Positions 1-13,326 of a stretch of DNA of 64,000 bases are shown in pieces. Within the stretch, counting starts at the first letter, position 1. Every line of letters starts with the position of its first letter. The position numbers and the translations under genes were made by a program. Under the pieces are notes generated by a model. The model saw only the letters and a list, made by a program, of their open reading frames with translations. It made no database searches and had not been told where the DNA came from. The stretch is from Macrostomum hystrix (taxonomy: Eukaryota > Animalia > Platyhelminthes). The stretch covers positions 248,001-312,000 of the forward strand of contig CATNEN010000005.1 in the NCBI GenBank assembly GCA_950097015.1, in the 5' to 3' direction.

Positions 1-266
1 TTCTCTATCTTATTTCTTCGCTGACTCATCTCTTCTCAGGTCTCATCATTCTTGTCTCATCTCTCTTAATGTAATCTATGGCATTTGTGTCTTCTGTCTC
101 TCCGTGCTTAGTCAGTAATTTAGCCTAGCCCTAGTGTAATGAACTAGACGCTGTCATTTAAATGAACTTGATTGTGTACTGCATGAGTTATATACAAGAT
201 ATAAAGTCACTATTATATTTGTAGTAATTATTTCTAATAATTACACTATATTTTATAATCTTTTAG

Positions 267-3200
267 CTCAAGGTGAACATTGACAAGTCAGGCTCCGGCA
301 GCTTCATCACTCATCGATCGCTGCTATTAAAGAAGTGCCAGAATATGTTCGAGACGCCCCTACTAGACCAGATGAATGCCAAGGCTGAGCATTGGGACGA
401 CATCATTGCCAAAGAAGAGAAAGAGGAGAAGAAGAAATCGCTTGAAGAGGAGAAAGAGGAGCAAGTTAAAAAAGTGAAGGATCAGTACTACGGTAATATT
501 CGGTAAGTTTCTTTAAGTTATTTATTGTCTGAAGCTATTGCGCGGCGCATCTGAAGACTGCGTACGGCTGTTCAGTCCATGGACTGGGGCGACGCCACAT
601 ACACCCTCAATTACCCCCAGCTAATGCTGGTGCCCATTTGACAACTGGGTGAACTCAGGCGATGCAGAGTTAAGTGTCTTGCTAGATTACACAAACTGTT
701 CTTGTGGAGTCTGGAATCGAACCCCCGACCTTCAAGTCGTAAGTCTCGAGTCTAATCACGCATTTTTATTAGATTAGGTACACTACAACCTCTTGTCTCC
801 TGACTTTGCGTTGGCAAACAAACTGAAGTTGTGAGTTTGTTTTTTTATCTCACAAACAGATCAATTTCTCGTAAATAGAAACTATTTTAAAACTTCAAAA
901 AGCTAAAGAAATTATCTGGCGCTTCAGTTAACAGTAGAAAAATCACGATATACCCCCTGTGGAAGAGCCACGGTGGTAATTTAAACACCCACTGGCCACT
1001 GTCTACTTGTCTACTACTAACTACAGTACACTGTCTACTTGTCTACTACAGTACACTGTCTTTTTGTCTACTACAGTACACTGTCTTCTTGTCTACTACA
1101 GTACACTGTCTACTTGTCTACTACAGTACACTGTCTACTTGTCTACTACTAACTACAGTACACTGTCTACTTGTCTACTACAGTACACTGTCTTCTTGTC
1201 TACTACAGTACACTGTCTACTTGTCAACTACAGTACACTGTCTACTTGTCTACTACAGTACACTGTCTACTTGTCTACTACAGTACACTGTCTTCTTGTC
1301 TACTACAGTACACTGTCTAGTTGTCTACTACAGTACACTGTCTACTTGTCTACTACAGTACACTGTCTACTTGTCTACTACAGTACACTGTCTTCTTGTC
1401 TACTACAGTACACTGTCTTCTTGTCTACTACAGTACACTGTCTACTTGTCTACTACAGTACACTGTCTACTTGTCTACTACTAACTACAGTACACTGTTT
1501 ACTTGTCTACTACAGTACACTGTCTTCTTGTCTACTACAGTACACTGTCTACTTGTCAACTACAGTACACTGTCTACTTGTCTACTACAGTACACTGTCT
1601 ACTTGTCTACTACAGTACACTGTCTTCTTGTCTACTACAGTACACTGTCTAGTTGTCTACTACAGTACACTGTCTACTTGTCTACTACAGTACACTGTCT
1701 TCTTGTCTACTACAGTACACTGTCTAGTTGTCTACTACAGTACACTGTCTACTTGTCTACTACAGTACACTGTCTACTTGTCTACTACAGTACACTGTCT
1801 AGTTGTCTACTACAGTACACTGTCTAGTTGTCTACTACAGTACACTGTCTACTTGTCTACTACAGTACACTGTCTACTTGTCTACTACAGTACACTGTCT
1901 TCTTGTCTACTACAGTACACTGTATAGTTGTCTACTACAGTACACTGTCTACTTGTCTACTACAGTACACTGTCTACTTGTCTACTACAGTACACTGTCT
2001 ACTTCACGATAGCTCCCACACCGAATGACCGATTTTCGTTTTTAAGTCCACGTCACGGACGTCAGCATCTTCGAGATATTCAGCGATTCTTGTCGAAGAC
2101 CGCTGTGGTGACAAGGACAACTAACATTGCTTTGTATAAGCCTCTATAACAAATCCATATTGGCTCAAAAATATCAAATTAACATAATAATCAATATAGA
2201 ATGTGATCACCAATCATATCCGACTTGTGGTTACATGATAACAATTATGATTAGAAAAATGATGCCCAAATTGGTGGTTTTTGCCACCAGACACCCCGAC
2301 GATAACTGTTTAACATCTCGACGATGCCGATGTTTTGTGATTCTGGAAGTTGTTTAATCGGCTAGAGCGGAAAGTTTTCATGGCGATTAGTTGATTATTT
2401 AGGAGATACAGAAAAAATAAAATGGGGTATTTGAAATACCCTCCTTTGGTTTTTCTACTATTAAAGCCTTTGTATATCCCTAACTGCCCTGTGTAAATTT
2501 TGGCCAGTCAGTCAGCCTGTACTGCTCTGAAAATAAATCTGAGTGCATTGCCTTAGCCTCCTAAACTGCTCCGTCTAGTGTTGCGAGGAAGTGAATCTTT
2601 CCCTAAAACAATATGTTTGGTAGCATAGAATCGTATATCACTTTTTTATGTGTCTAATTTTTCCTTAGTAGAACGGTGAAGACCCAGTTACTGGAAAATG
2701 CAGTCAGTCTGCGGGCTTATTTCCTCTGTGTATCCGCTGTTTCTGTAAGACTTGGCTACTTAATCCTTTTAAGACTTCCTATATTGTAGGGCCCAATCTG
2801 TGTCTAATTGCGCACTTCAAAATTACGTTTAAAAAAACTAAGAGATATCAAGACACATAGGACAAAAAATTATTCCTTCTAACAAAAAATCTGCTAGAAT
2901 AGTTTCTGTATTATGATAATCATTGGCAGCACTTGTTACACATTCTAGTAATCAGCATCTATATCTAAAGTGTTAGTTATTTTAATGTGTTCTAATTCTG
3001 TTCTAATCTACACCAACTGCCCGTGTGTAATAACTTGCCCTCCCCCTATCTGAAAAATGCTGTCCCATGTCAAGCCTAGCTTTTCAAATCTAGCCTGCCA
3101 TATATGAGATCGTGTGCGTTTGTGTGTCCACTGAGTTTAACGTGGGAACCTTTTCTTCTACTAGCTAAAACATAGTGATTGTCTGAAATGTGCAAACTAA

Positions 3201-6200
3201 AGCTTTGTTTAGCTTCGAGCAAACTTGCCTAAATTTTTTAGCTTTAATTTGGCCGATTAAATTTCATAGTGATTTCTAAGAAATCAGATCATTTTTGCTT
3301 TTAACAATGTTGGTTATTGGGAATTAGATTATAATCAGTATTAGAAAATAGGATCCTTTAATTGTTTCGAGTGGGATTTTTATTGGAATATTCTATAGTC
3401 TAGAATAGGATTATTATGAATACTAGAATATTTACTTGTAACTAGGCTACAAGGTTAGAGCGTCGGACTCACGACTTGAAGGTCGGGGGTTTGATTCCCG
3501 ACTCCACTCGAGCAATCTGTGTCATTTTAGAAAGACACTTAACACTGCATTGCTTCAGTTCACCCAGCTATTAAACGTCCATGTTTTTGCGAGCGCCTGA
3601 ATGCTTTGGGGGTGACTGATTAGTTGACAGACTAGTCAAGGGTGTCCTGTGGTTGAGCTGCGCAGCCCTAATAGTTAGGCTTGAACAGTGAAATTGGAGA
3701 AATTCGCGTCAGGGTGTCCATAGTGGTCTAGTTCCACCTGTTGTAGCTCTTTAAGGTCTAGATCGATAAGAGAGATAGATATAGATAAAGGTCGGTGACC
3801 GCCGAAGTCGGAGATGATGCAGGCACATTCGGGATAAAGTTTGAAGGTCTGGAAAGGCCGCACTGAGGCGCAGTGCAAATTCGTGTATAGGGGTGTATGA
3901 AATACACTAGCTCTTATGGGAAAAATCGGACCTTCGGCCAGAAACATTGAATATCTCGACGGTCTGAAGAGCTGGCGACTTGTTTCTTGTTTCAGAAGAT
4001 GCGCAACAAAACGTGTGCCCGTGTTCTTGAGTTTCGTGTGCTTGCATTGTTCTGTTCGGGTGCTGCAAAAAATTTGTCGGGGGGGGGAATTCCCCCCCCC
4101 CTTGGTAGTTCTACTGTTAAGAATGTGAATTGTTGTTAGTAAATAAAGAAAATCTGACAAGATTTTTCTAAACAAATTAAATCTAAAAAACTTGTCAGAT
4201 TCATCGGCGAGCTCTACATGAAGGACGTCCTGACGGCCAACATAATCTACAGCTGCATCAACGCCCTGCTACCCAATCCGTCGCAGAAAGGCGACAATCG
4301 CAGCACTCTAGTTGAGTCGCTGGAGTGCCTCTGTGAATTATTGCGCACAGTTGGCAAGAAACTCGAATCGAATAGGAAACCATCCGATGCTAATCAGATC
4401 GATAACGCGTTCGGTCGAATTAAACAGATCATTGCGGATAAGACCATAGAATCCAAGGTGCGATTCAAGCTAACCGACGTTGTTGAAATGCGCGGGAGAA
4501 ATTGGGAGCTAAGAGAAATGGAGCGTCGACTTCAGGAGCGACCAATGACAAAGGAGGAGCTGGAACAGAAGGAACGCGAAGAGGAGGCCAGGCGCGCCAT
4601 GGCGGCTAGCAATATCGGCGGCGGCGGCGGAGGTCGCGGCGGTCATCGCGGCGGCTACGGTCGACCGCCGGCATCTCCGGCTTCAGCGCTACCACCAACA
4701 GCGTCGGGCACGGAATGGACGCCAGTTGTAGCTAATAGTCGGCGTCAACAGAAAATGGATACTAGGAAACTGATCCTGGAAACTCCAAGCAGTGCTGGCG
4801 GCCTTGGCGGCTTGTCGGATTCCTCCAGCGGCGCCGGTATTGGCGGCGGAGGCAGCGCCGCGTCGTCGGCTACGCCTAGACTCGGTCCGTCGCGTCCGAA
4901 GTTTAGTCAGCAACGCGGCGCCGGAGCTGCCGCGGCGGCGGCCGCCAAGGAGACAGCCGGCGATGTCGGACGATCGCCTGCTGTGCAACGGTGAGCCGAG
5001 TGCCTGTTTGATATGCAGATTTTCGTTTGGACTGGGATTTGACGTTAGGACTATGGGATTCCCAATTTATGACTATTATAATTTTGGATAAGGGTATTAG
5101 AAATCTTTGACTATTTCGCTTCTTTTATATGTTATAATATTTATATAGTTAAGGACTTCAACTGGTTCTTAATTTTATTCCTGTAAATTCAGGATTCTAG
5201 GGTCAGAGATAATAAAATATTGCTACAAAGCGAAATATGTTAATATCCGAGCTAATATCTAAAAATTCCACTGTAGTGGCATGCTATTTTCATAATTTAC
5301 AAAAAAATTATTTGCAAGACTACACCAGCGAAAGCACGAAACAATGACAATTTGTGGTCTCTCCTAAAAGTCTTGCCATATTGAAGGCTTTCCTGTTTGA
5401 GTCTCTGCAGTCTTTGTTTTCAACTAACTGTGGGGATTTAGGTTGAATTCGCTACATTTACTGCTCATTTAAACTACTCACTTTGCAAGACTACACCAGC
5501 GAAAGCACGAAACAATATCTATTTGTGATCTCTCCTAAAAGTCTTGCTAGAATAAAGGCTTTCCTGTTTGAGTCTCTGCAGTCTTTGTTTTCAACTAACT
5601 GTGGGGATTTAGGTTGATTTGCCACATTTACTACTCACAAACTGCTCACTTTGTATGTGACGGGCAAGACTACACCAGCGAAAGCACAAAACAATATCCA
5701 TTTGTGATCTCTCCTTAAAGTCTTGCTAGAATAAAGGCTTTCCTGTTTGAGTCTCTGCAGTCTTTGTTTATTTAACTTACTGTCGGGATTTAGGTTGAAT
5801 TCGCTACATTTACTGCTCATTTAAACTACTCACTTTGCAAGACTACACCAGCGAAAGCACAAAACAATATCTATTTGTGAACTCTCCTAAAAGTCTTGCT
5901 AGAATGAAGGCTTTCCTGTTTGAGTCTCTGCAGTCTTTGTTTATTTAACTTACTGTCGGGATTTATGTTGAATTCGCAACATTTACTGCTCATTTAAACT
6001 ACACACTTTGCAAGACTACACCAGCGAAAGCACAAAACAATATCTACATCTATTTGTGATCTCTCCTAAAAGTCTTGCCAGATTGAAGGCTTTCCTGTTT
6101 GAGTCTCTGCAGTCTTTGTTTTTAACTAACTGTGGGGATTTAGGTTGATTTGCCACATTTACGACCCACTTTGTATGTGACGCGGCAAGACTACACCAGC

Positions 6201-9200
6201 GAAAGCACAAAACAATGACAATTTGTGATCTCTCCTAAAAGTCTTGCCATATTGAAGGCTTTCCTGTTTGAGTCTCTGCAGTCTTTGTTTTCAACTAACT
6301 GTGGGGATTTAGGTTGATTTGCCACATTTACGACCCACTTTGTATGTGACGCAGCAAGACTACACCAGCGAAAGCACAAAACAATGACAATTTGTGATCT
6401 CTCCTAAAAGTCTTGCCATATTGAAGGCTTTCCTGTTTGAGTCTCTGCAGTCTTTGTTTTCAACTAACTGTGGGGATTTAGGTTGAATTCGCTACATTTA
6501 CTGCTCATTTAAACTACTCACTTTGCAAGACTACACCAGCGAAAGCACGAAACAATATCTATTTGTGATCTCTCCTAAAAGTCTTGCTAGAATAAAGGCT
6601 TTCCTGTTTGAGTCTCTGCAGTCTTTGTTTATTTAACTTACTGTCGGGATTTAGGTTGAATTCGCAACATTTACTGCTCATTTAAACTACTCACTTTGCA
6701 AGACTACACCAGCGAAAGCACGAAACAATGAAAATTCGTGGTCTCTCCTAAAAGTCTTGCCATATTGAAGGCTTTCCTGTTTGAGTCTCTGCAGTCTTTG
6801 TTTTCAACTAACTGTGGGGATTTAGGTTGAATTCGCTACATTTACTGCTCATTTAAACTACTCACTTTGCAAGACTACACCAGCGAAAGCACGAAACAAT
6901 ATCTATTTGTGATCTCTCCTAAAAGTCTTGCTAGAATAAAGGCTTTCCTGTTTGAGTCTCTGCAGTCTTTGTTTATTTAACTTACTGTCGGGATTTAGGT
7001 TGAATTCGCAACATTTACTGCTCATTTAAACTACTCACTTTGCAAGACTACACCAGCGAAAGCACGAAACAATATCTATTTGTGATCTCTCCTAAAAGTC
7101 TTGCTAGAATAAAGGCTTTCCTGTTTGAGTCTCTGCAGTCTTTGTTTTCAACTAACTGTGGGGATTTAGGTTGATTTGCCACATTTACGACCCACTTTGT
7201 ATGTGACGCAGCAAGACTACACCAGCGAAAGCACAAAACAATGACAATTTGTGATCTCTCCTAAAAGTCTTGCCATATTGAAGGCTTTCCTGTTTGAGTC
7301 TCTGCAGTCTTTGTTTTCAACTAACTGTGGGGATTTAGGTTGAATTCGCTACATTTACTGCTCATTTAAACTACTCACTTTGCAAGACTACACCAGCGAA
7401 AGCACGAAACAATATCTATTTGTGATCTCTCCTAAAAGTCTTGCTAGAATAAAGGCTTTCCTGTTTGAGTCTCTGCAGTCTTTGTTTATTTAACTTACTG
7501 TCGGGATTTAGGTTGAATTCGCAACATTTACTGCTCATTTAAACTACTCACTTTGCAAGACTACACCAGCGAAAGCACGAAACAATGAAAATTCGTGGTC
7601 TCTCCTAAAAGTCTTGCCATATTGAAGGCTTTCCTGTTTGAGTCTCTGCAGTCTTTGTTTTCAACTAACTGTGGGGATTTAGGTTGAATTCGCTACATTT
7701 ACTGCTCATTTAAACTACTCACTTTGCAAGACTACACCAGCGAAAGCACGAAACAATGACAATTTGTGGTCTCTCCTAAAAGTCTTGCCATATTGAAGGC
7801 TTTCCTGTTTGAGTCTCTGCAGTCTTTGTTTATAACTAACTGTGGGGATTTAGGTTGATTTGCCACATTTACTACTACTCATAGTCTACTGCTTTGCTGT
7901 TTTGTTACTCACAGATTAACTGGCGGCAGCGTTGGCGCTGGAAGGCGCAACAATAGCCGAGAATCGAGCGCCAGCCGCGAGGCATCCCCTCACACCCAGC
8001 AGCAGCAGCAGCCCCTGCCGCAGTCCCAACTGGCTAAGCAGACTAATTCGATGGCTCAGCAGCCAACTGTGAAAACTGTATCGAATTTATCCGCTTCAGC
8101 CTCCGTCGGCATGCATCGATCATTGTCCACTCACGAGCTGCCTTCGCGCGCAACCGCCTCTTCTAATCCTACAGCCAACATTCTTGACAAAGACGCACTC
8201 GGCCGCAAATCTAAGAACATCATGGATGAATGGCTGACCAGTGTTATCTCCCTAGAAGACACAAAATCCTGCTTCTCGGAGATTGCTTCGCATCCGCATC
8301 TCAAAGTGTTCGTTGATGTCAACGCTGAGCATCTGTTGAATGCTAATAGTAAAGAGTTGCGCGAGTTGGGCGGCCGATTGTTCTTTGAACTGTTGCACTG
8401 TCAGCTAATTGACTATCGCACGGTTATTGATGGGTGAGTAGTTGTTTTGTTGATTTTTGTTCGCCTAGTCCAGTGCTCGGACACCCGCTTGAGCCCTTTA
8501 AACCTCCCCTTCCCCTCTCCCGTCTCATCTCTTCCCTGTCTTATCTCTTCCCTGTCTCATCTCTCCCCTGTCTTCTCTCTCCCCTGTCTCATCTCTCCCG
8601 TCTTCTCTCTCCCGTCTTATCTCTCCCCTGTCTCATCTCTCCCCTGTCTTATCTCTCCCCTGTCCTATCTCTCCCCTGTCTTTTCTCTCCCCTGTCTTAT
8701 CTCTCCCCTGTCTCATCTCTTCCCTGTCTCATCTCTCCCCTGTCCTATCTCTCCCCTGTCTTATCTCTCCCCTGTCTCATCTCTCCCCTGTCTTATCTCT
8801 CCCCTGTCTCATCTCTTCCCTGTCTCATCTCTCCCCTGTCTCATCTCTCCCCTGTCTTATCTCTCCCCTGTCTTATCTCTCCCCTGTCTCATCTCTTCCC
8901 TGTCTCATCTCTCCCCTGTTTTATCTCTCCCCTGTCATATGTATCCCCTATCTAATCTCTCCCTGCCTCATATCATCTCACCCCACTCGTATCTTCTGTA
9001 TTAGTTTTATATCTCACCTTTATTATTTATCTCACACCTAATTTATTTCCCGCCTATCTTATCTCGTTTTTATGTCCCGCCTTTTCATATTTCCCCTATC
9101 CCATCCTAGTTTTCCAATGATAAAAAAGTAAGTATCCTTCTACCGTCCTCACTCTCCCGTATTATAATAGATAAATAGTTAGCTTTGTGATTTAAATCTA

Positions 9201-11423
9201 TACCTAAATTTAGCCTAGGATACCAGCCACGTATATTAAGTTTCATTGTACTGAAATGTATAAACTCACTCAATATAGGCACGCCAGGCTACACCAGGGA
9301 AAGCATAAAAATAGTCCGATTGTCTCAATATAATTGATCAATTCGGACAGATTAATGAACTTTACTAGAAGTCTTGCTAGAGCAGGCAATGTTAGGCTTT
9401 CCTGTTTAACTCTCTGCAGCCGGTACTGCTGTATAGACAATTTTTACAGCTGAATGAACATGTGTTGCTGTTGGCTGGAATTTAGTTTTAATATATGCTC
9501 ATTGCTGTCCAGTTACTACTCAGTAATTTTTTTAGTAAGTTAGTTACCCGCTAAAAAATTTGGATGTTTCTTTGGGTGATTCCAGTTGGAATCTGCGATG
9601 TTTCCAGAAAAAGAAACAGCCGAACGCTAGAAACAAACCAATCGGATGATTCCATATTTAGAATCTACCCAACTGGGTTTTTTCTCGATGCTTCTTGGTG
9701 GCGAAATGGAATCACCCAAAGAATCCTCCAGTTCGGAAGATTCCATGCTCAGAAACCGCCGAGGAATCGACCGTAAATAAATCTCTGGTTGTCCACTGGT
9801 GCCACTGGTTCGGGTGATGTGCCACTGGTTCGGGTGATTCTTCGGCGGTTTCCGCACAATTTACGGTTACATCGGCTGCTTCCTGGGTGGTTTCTTTAAC
9901 TCTTGCGAGATAGGGGGGATTTTTGTAGATTCCACTCCTATTTTGCACAAAAACCCGCCGAAGAAGCAGCCGAATTTTTTACAGGGTAAAACTTAATTAT
10001 TATAATAAACTGCTCAGGTTTTAAATTTGAAATTATTAAAACAACTCCATTCGCAGCTTCTCCAATCTGATGGAGAATGCCGAGGATATGCAGTCGGATT
10101 TCCCGCTGCTAGGCGTATACCTTGGCGAGATTTTCTCTTCGTTTATGCAAAAGCCGGCCAGCTATTTGGACTGCGTCCTCAGCCTAGTTAAACAAATCCC
10201 GGCAGACATTCAATGCTATTCGGCCGGTCGCAAATCTCCTCTACGAGGCGAGATTCTCTCCCGGGCCGCTCACCTGGCCAGCGTCCGTCTCGGCCACGAA
10301 CGAGTCGGGCAAGATTTTCGCGACGCCGGCGTTGTCTGGCCGGACGTGCTGGAAGTGTCGGCTGAGTCGGCCGCCGAATTTGTCATCAGCAAGGAGCTGC
10401 AGTTCACAGAGGCGCCCCTGCCAGATCCGGCCACGTCTGCAGCGCCGCCGATTCCATTGGAGCGTCTAGCCGGTCGGGTTCAAGAGATTGTCCGCGCCGG
10501 CCTGCCAGAAGGCGACGTCGATCGGCTAGCCGAATCTGTCATCGACCTGTTGGAACGCGGAGTCTGCAGGGCTGATCGGGACGGCGAAGCATTCAATTGC
10601 GAACTGATGCGCGGCGTCTGCGGCGCCTGCCTCTGCGCCAATAGGCTAGACGCCGGCCTATTGAAACGGCTCTGCCCGGTGTTGCAACAATTTGTTGATG
10701 GCTTCGCCCAGGAGATTTGGTCGTTGAAAGCGGCGGCCACGTGTCTGTCTGGCGGTCCGTATGTTGGTGAGTCCGCTGGTGCATATCAAGAATCTAATTA
10801 ATTTGGTTTCCGTCAATCTTAGCCATGTTTGTTTATTATTCTCTGCTTTCGCTTTGCTTACCCTACCACTCTACTTATCATTTTTACACTCTACTTCTCA
10901 CCCTTACACCTTTCCCTCTCACGCACCACTCTAGCTATTTCTCTCCCTAACCCTCAAATACTTACCATAATACTCTACTTTTCACCCTACCACTATAGTT
11001 CTCACCCGACCACTATACTTTTCACCCTACCACTATACTTTTTAACCTACCACTCTACTTTTCACCCTACCACTATAGTTCTCACCCGACCACTATACTT
11101 TTGACCCGACCACTCTACTTTTCAACCTGCCACTCTACTTTACACCCTGCCACTCTACTTTTGACCCTACTACTCTACTTATTTCGCCAGTCCTATTCTT
11201 TCCCTAAAACTATTCATCTCAACCTTTCGTCTCAACATCTCACCCCATATCTCCAATATTTGCAGAGCTGCTTCCAGAAGTATTCACAGTCTTTCTCGAC
11301 AATCGCCTCATATCCGAGGAGTCCTTCAAGAACTGGCACGAAGAGGAGGCCGACCAAAGTCAGCGCGAGGCTGTGCGAACTTTTATGGGCACCCTGGCTG
11401 CCACCGCTTCTGTGCGCGAGTGA
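267..11423 (+). CDS. EIF4G: Eukaryotic translation initiation factor 4G, 3' portion (MIF4G end, MA3 and W2 domains); 5' exons lie outside the window
   Basis: Exons 267-502, 4199-4990, 7915-8433, 10057-10766 and 11266-11423 (TGA). All junctions are GT-AG and frame-consistent. The spliced product gives YYGNIR|FIGELYMKDVLT (MIF4G GNIxFIGEL motif), SKVRFKLTDVVEMR, VIDG|FSNLMENAEDMQSDFP (MA3) and FLDNRLISEESFKNW (W2). Confidence 0.92.
533..761 (-). mobile_element. tRNA-derived SINE family A, near full length
   Basis: tRNA-like head with B box ggttcgattcc, body gcaagacacttaactctgcat...ttcacccag, and tail cagtccatggactg. Confidence 0.75.
932..2460. mobile_element. Non-autonomous TIR element flanked by TTAA, carrying an internal 25-bp array
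   Basis: TTAA(928-931)-CAGTAGAAAAATC ... GGTTTTTCTACTA-TTAA(2461-2464), with a subterminal hairpin gggtatttgaaataccc. A related end lies at about 18980-19044. Confidence 0.55.
995..2003. repeat. 25-bp minisatellite (gtctactacagtacactgtctactt)n, eIF4G intron 1
   Basis: Direct tandem units, each with an internal acagt/actgt hairpin. Confidence 0.95.
3445..3571 (+). mobile_element. SINE family A, 5' half
   Basis: ggttagagcgtcggactcacgacttgaaggtcggg...gattcc and aagacacttaac. Confidence 0.7.
3585..4116 (-). mobile_element. MITE family TTAA-CAGTAG, truncated copy
   Basis: The reverse complement aligns to 13327-13883. It ends GTAGTTCTACTG-TTAA. Confidence 0.75.
5310..7870. repeat. About 171-178 bp satellite, about 15 monomers with higher-order structure, eIF4G intron 2
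   Basis: caagactacaccagcgaaagcac recurs at 5315, 5486, ... 6355, 6526, 6699 ... 7212, 7383, 7556. Confidence 0.95.
8510..8960. repeat. 16-bp pyrimidine-rich minisatellite (atctctcccctgtctt)n
   Basis: Direct tandem units in eIF4G intron 3. Confidence 0.9.
9547..9986. mobile_element. MITE with TA flanks and CCC(GC/TG)TAAAAAATT termini (EnSpm/CMC-like by inference)
   Basis: TA-CCCGCTAAAAAATT ... AATTTTTTACAGGG-TA. An inverted near-copy lies at 18386-18806. Confidence 0.75.
10960..11180. repeat. Degenerate ~20-bp array (caccctaccactatactttt)n
   Basis: Located in eIF4G intron 4. Confidence 0.7.
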
Positions 11424-13326
11424 CCTCACCCCCTTCCCAGTCGATCTGGCACTCTTCGTTACAATTCAAATTGATTGATAATGAGATTGGTTTTTGTAGC
11501 TTATTTAACTGGCGTGTCATTATCTTCCTTATCCGTCGCCTTGCTTTATTTAAGTCTGTCCTAAATTTGTCTTAATTTTAATTTTCGCGCGCCTATCATT
11601 GTCCGTCTGTCTCTGTGTGCGTTTTTGCTATAATTATTTGCTTTTTTAAGTATGAGTACTTTTAAGTACTGTTTCTTACGAGTCTAATTTAAATGGCGAA
11701 TATTTCATTTTAAGCAAAATCCTATTTTAAACTAATTCTTTTACAAATCAGGCGGGGCTTCTCGTACGAAAAGTGATCACAATTTATGCCGCAGATGGCC
11801 TGCTTGAAATAGTCTGGTCTTATATTATTATATACAACTATTATAGCTTGAACTATATAAGTTGTCCCAATTTAATGACAGTTATATTTATTGAAGTCAC
11901 ATGTGCAGTGCTTTGTTTGTTTGTTTGTTTGTTTGTTTGGTTTCTATAAATTGTTGGTGTCGGATTATTTTTTTTTTTTGAAATTTCGCATTGTATCATG
12001 ATACACGTGTGTTCGTTTATGTGTTCTATTATATATATATATATATATAAATGTATATCTACATGTTGAACATTATTTTGTGCATCTAAACTGAAATGAC
12101 CCTTTTAAAATTATTTGTTTAAAATTGTCCTATTTTTTTCAAATCAGATCCAAGCCTCAACTGAATAATGATGACACGGTAATCCAATAATAAGCTAGAT
12201 TTCGTTCGTTTAACAAGCTTTTCTTTCTTTTTTGCAAAACAACTTTGTTATTACATTTTTGCTTTCGTCAGTGCGGTTACAAACTAATTAGTTGCTATTT
12301 TTTTCATCTGCTATTCACACACACACAAGAGTCTGGTGTTCGGACGGGTTAATTGACGTCATTCGTGTGTGTTTTTTGTCCATCAATAAAATGCCGCCAC
12401 TAAATTCACTGATGAAGTTAAGGACAATGCTTCTCCTAATCATTATTGTGTTGAAGGCCAGTAGCGAGGTTATTGTTTAAAGTACATAAATGGCCATATA
12501 TTATTATTTAAATATTATTTTCCTTCAGTTATTTTATTCTGCTTTTGTGTTCGAAAAGCCGATTTTGACCGAAGCTTTGATTGTTGGAAACTAAAAAAAA
12601 GAAAGTATAATCCCACTTAGTGACGCTCGACGCTTGCTTCGTTTTTTCCTCTCTCTCCCGTTTGTTGATTGATTGATTGATTAATCGATTTGATTTGATT
12701 TGATTTGATTGATCGAAATCTTTCTCCTCCTTATGTCTGCGTCTTGGCAGTTTCAGTTAGTGGTCAATTAGAAGCTACATAGGGCCGTACAAGAAACGCT
12801 GCTTAAGTTTTGTGATCTCTATTTAGCAGCTGGTGCCTTTAAAATCTAAAATCCGTTCTGTTTTTGCTGCTCTATACAACACGTTTTCAAGTCTTGCTCA
12901 TTTTGTTTATGACGAGTGAGGGTCGGGGCAGGTCGGGAGTTCGAATCTCTGTTCAATGGGAGCGATTTTTCCTGTCCATGCAGACTGCATAAACAGATTG
13001 TACACTTTATTACATTACTTTGGATTATCCGTCTAATTATGCTTAAGCAGGAGTGACGTAATTAAAAAATAGTCTATGACAATAACTGCCCCATTTTTGC
13101 ATCTCTAAAATCAGGTTTTATCTGAGCACTGAAGTCGAACTACCTATACCAATAGCTCTCTGATTTGTCAAATACTTTGAGCTTTGGAATATGTAGACGA
13201 TGGATATGCCTTTCTCAGCCGAGTCGAGAACAATGTCCACATTCACTGCAGTACTGCCATAGATCTACACTCGACCATAGACAATAAAAGGCAATCAAGT
13301 TGATAAAAAGTGGAGAATTCAATTAA

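Noticed and set aside
3445-3510. tRNA-like sequences (also 13915, 33170, 35545, 36080, 46430, 59033)
   Set aside because: They have degenerate stems and continue into shared SINE bodies, so they are SINE heads and not tRNA genes.
3675-4175. 166-aa ORF, and similar ORFs at 49049-49294, 9564-9948 and 18329-18809
   Set aside because: These are chance frames in non-autonomous MITEs, are not conserved between copies, and have no transposase motifs.
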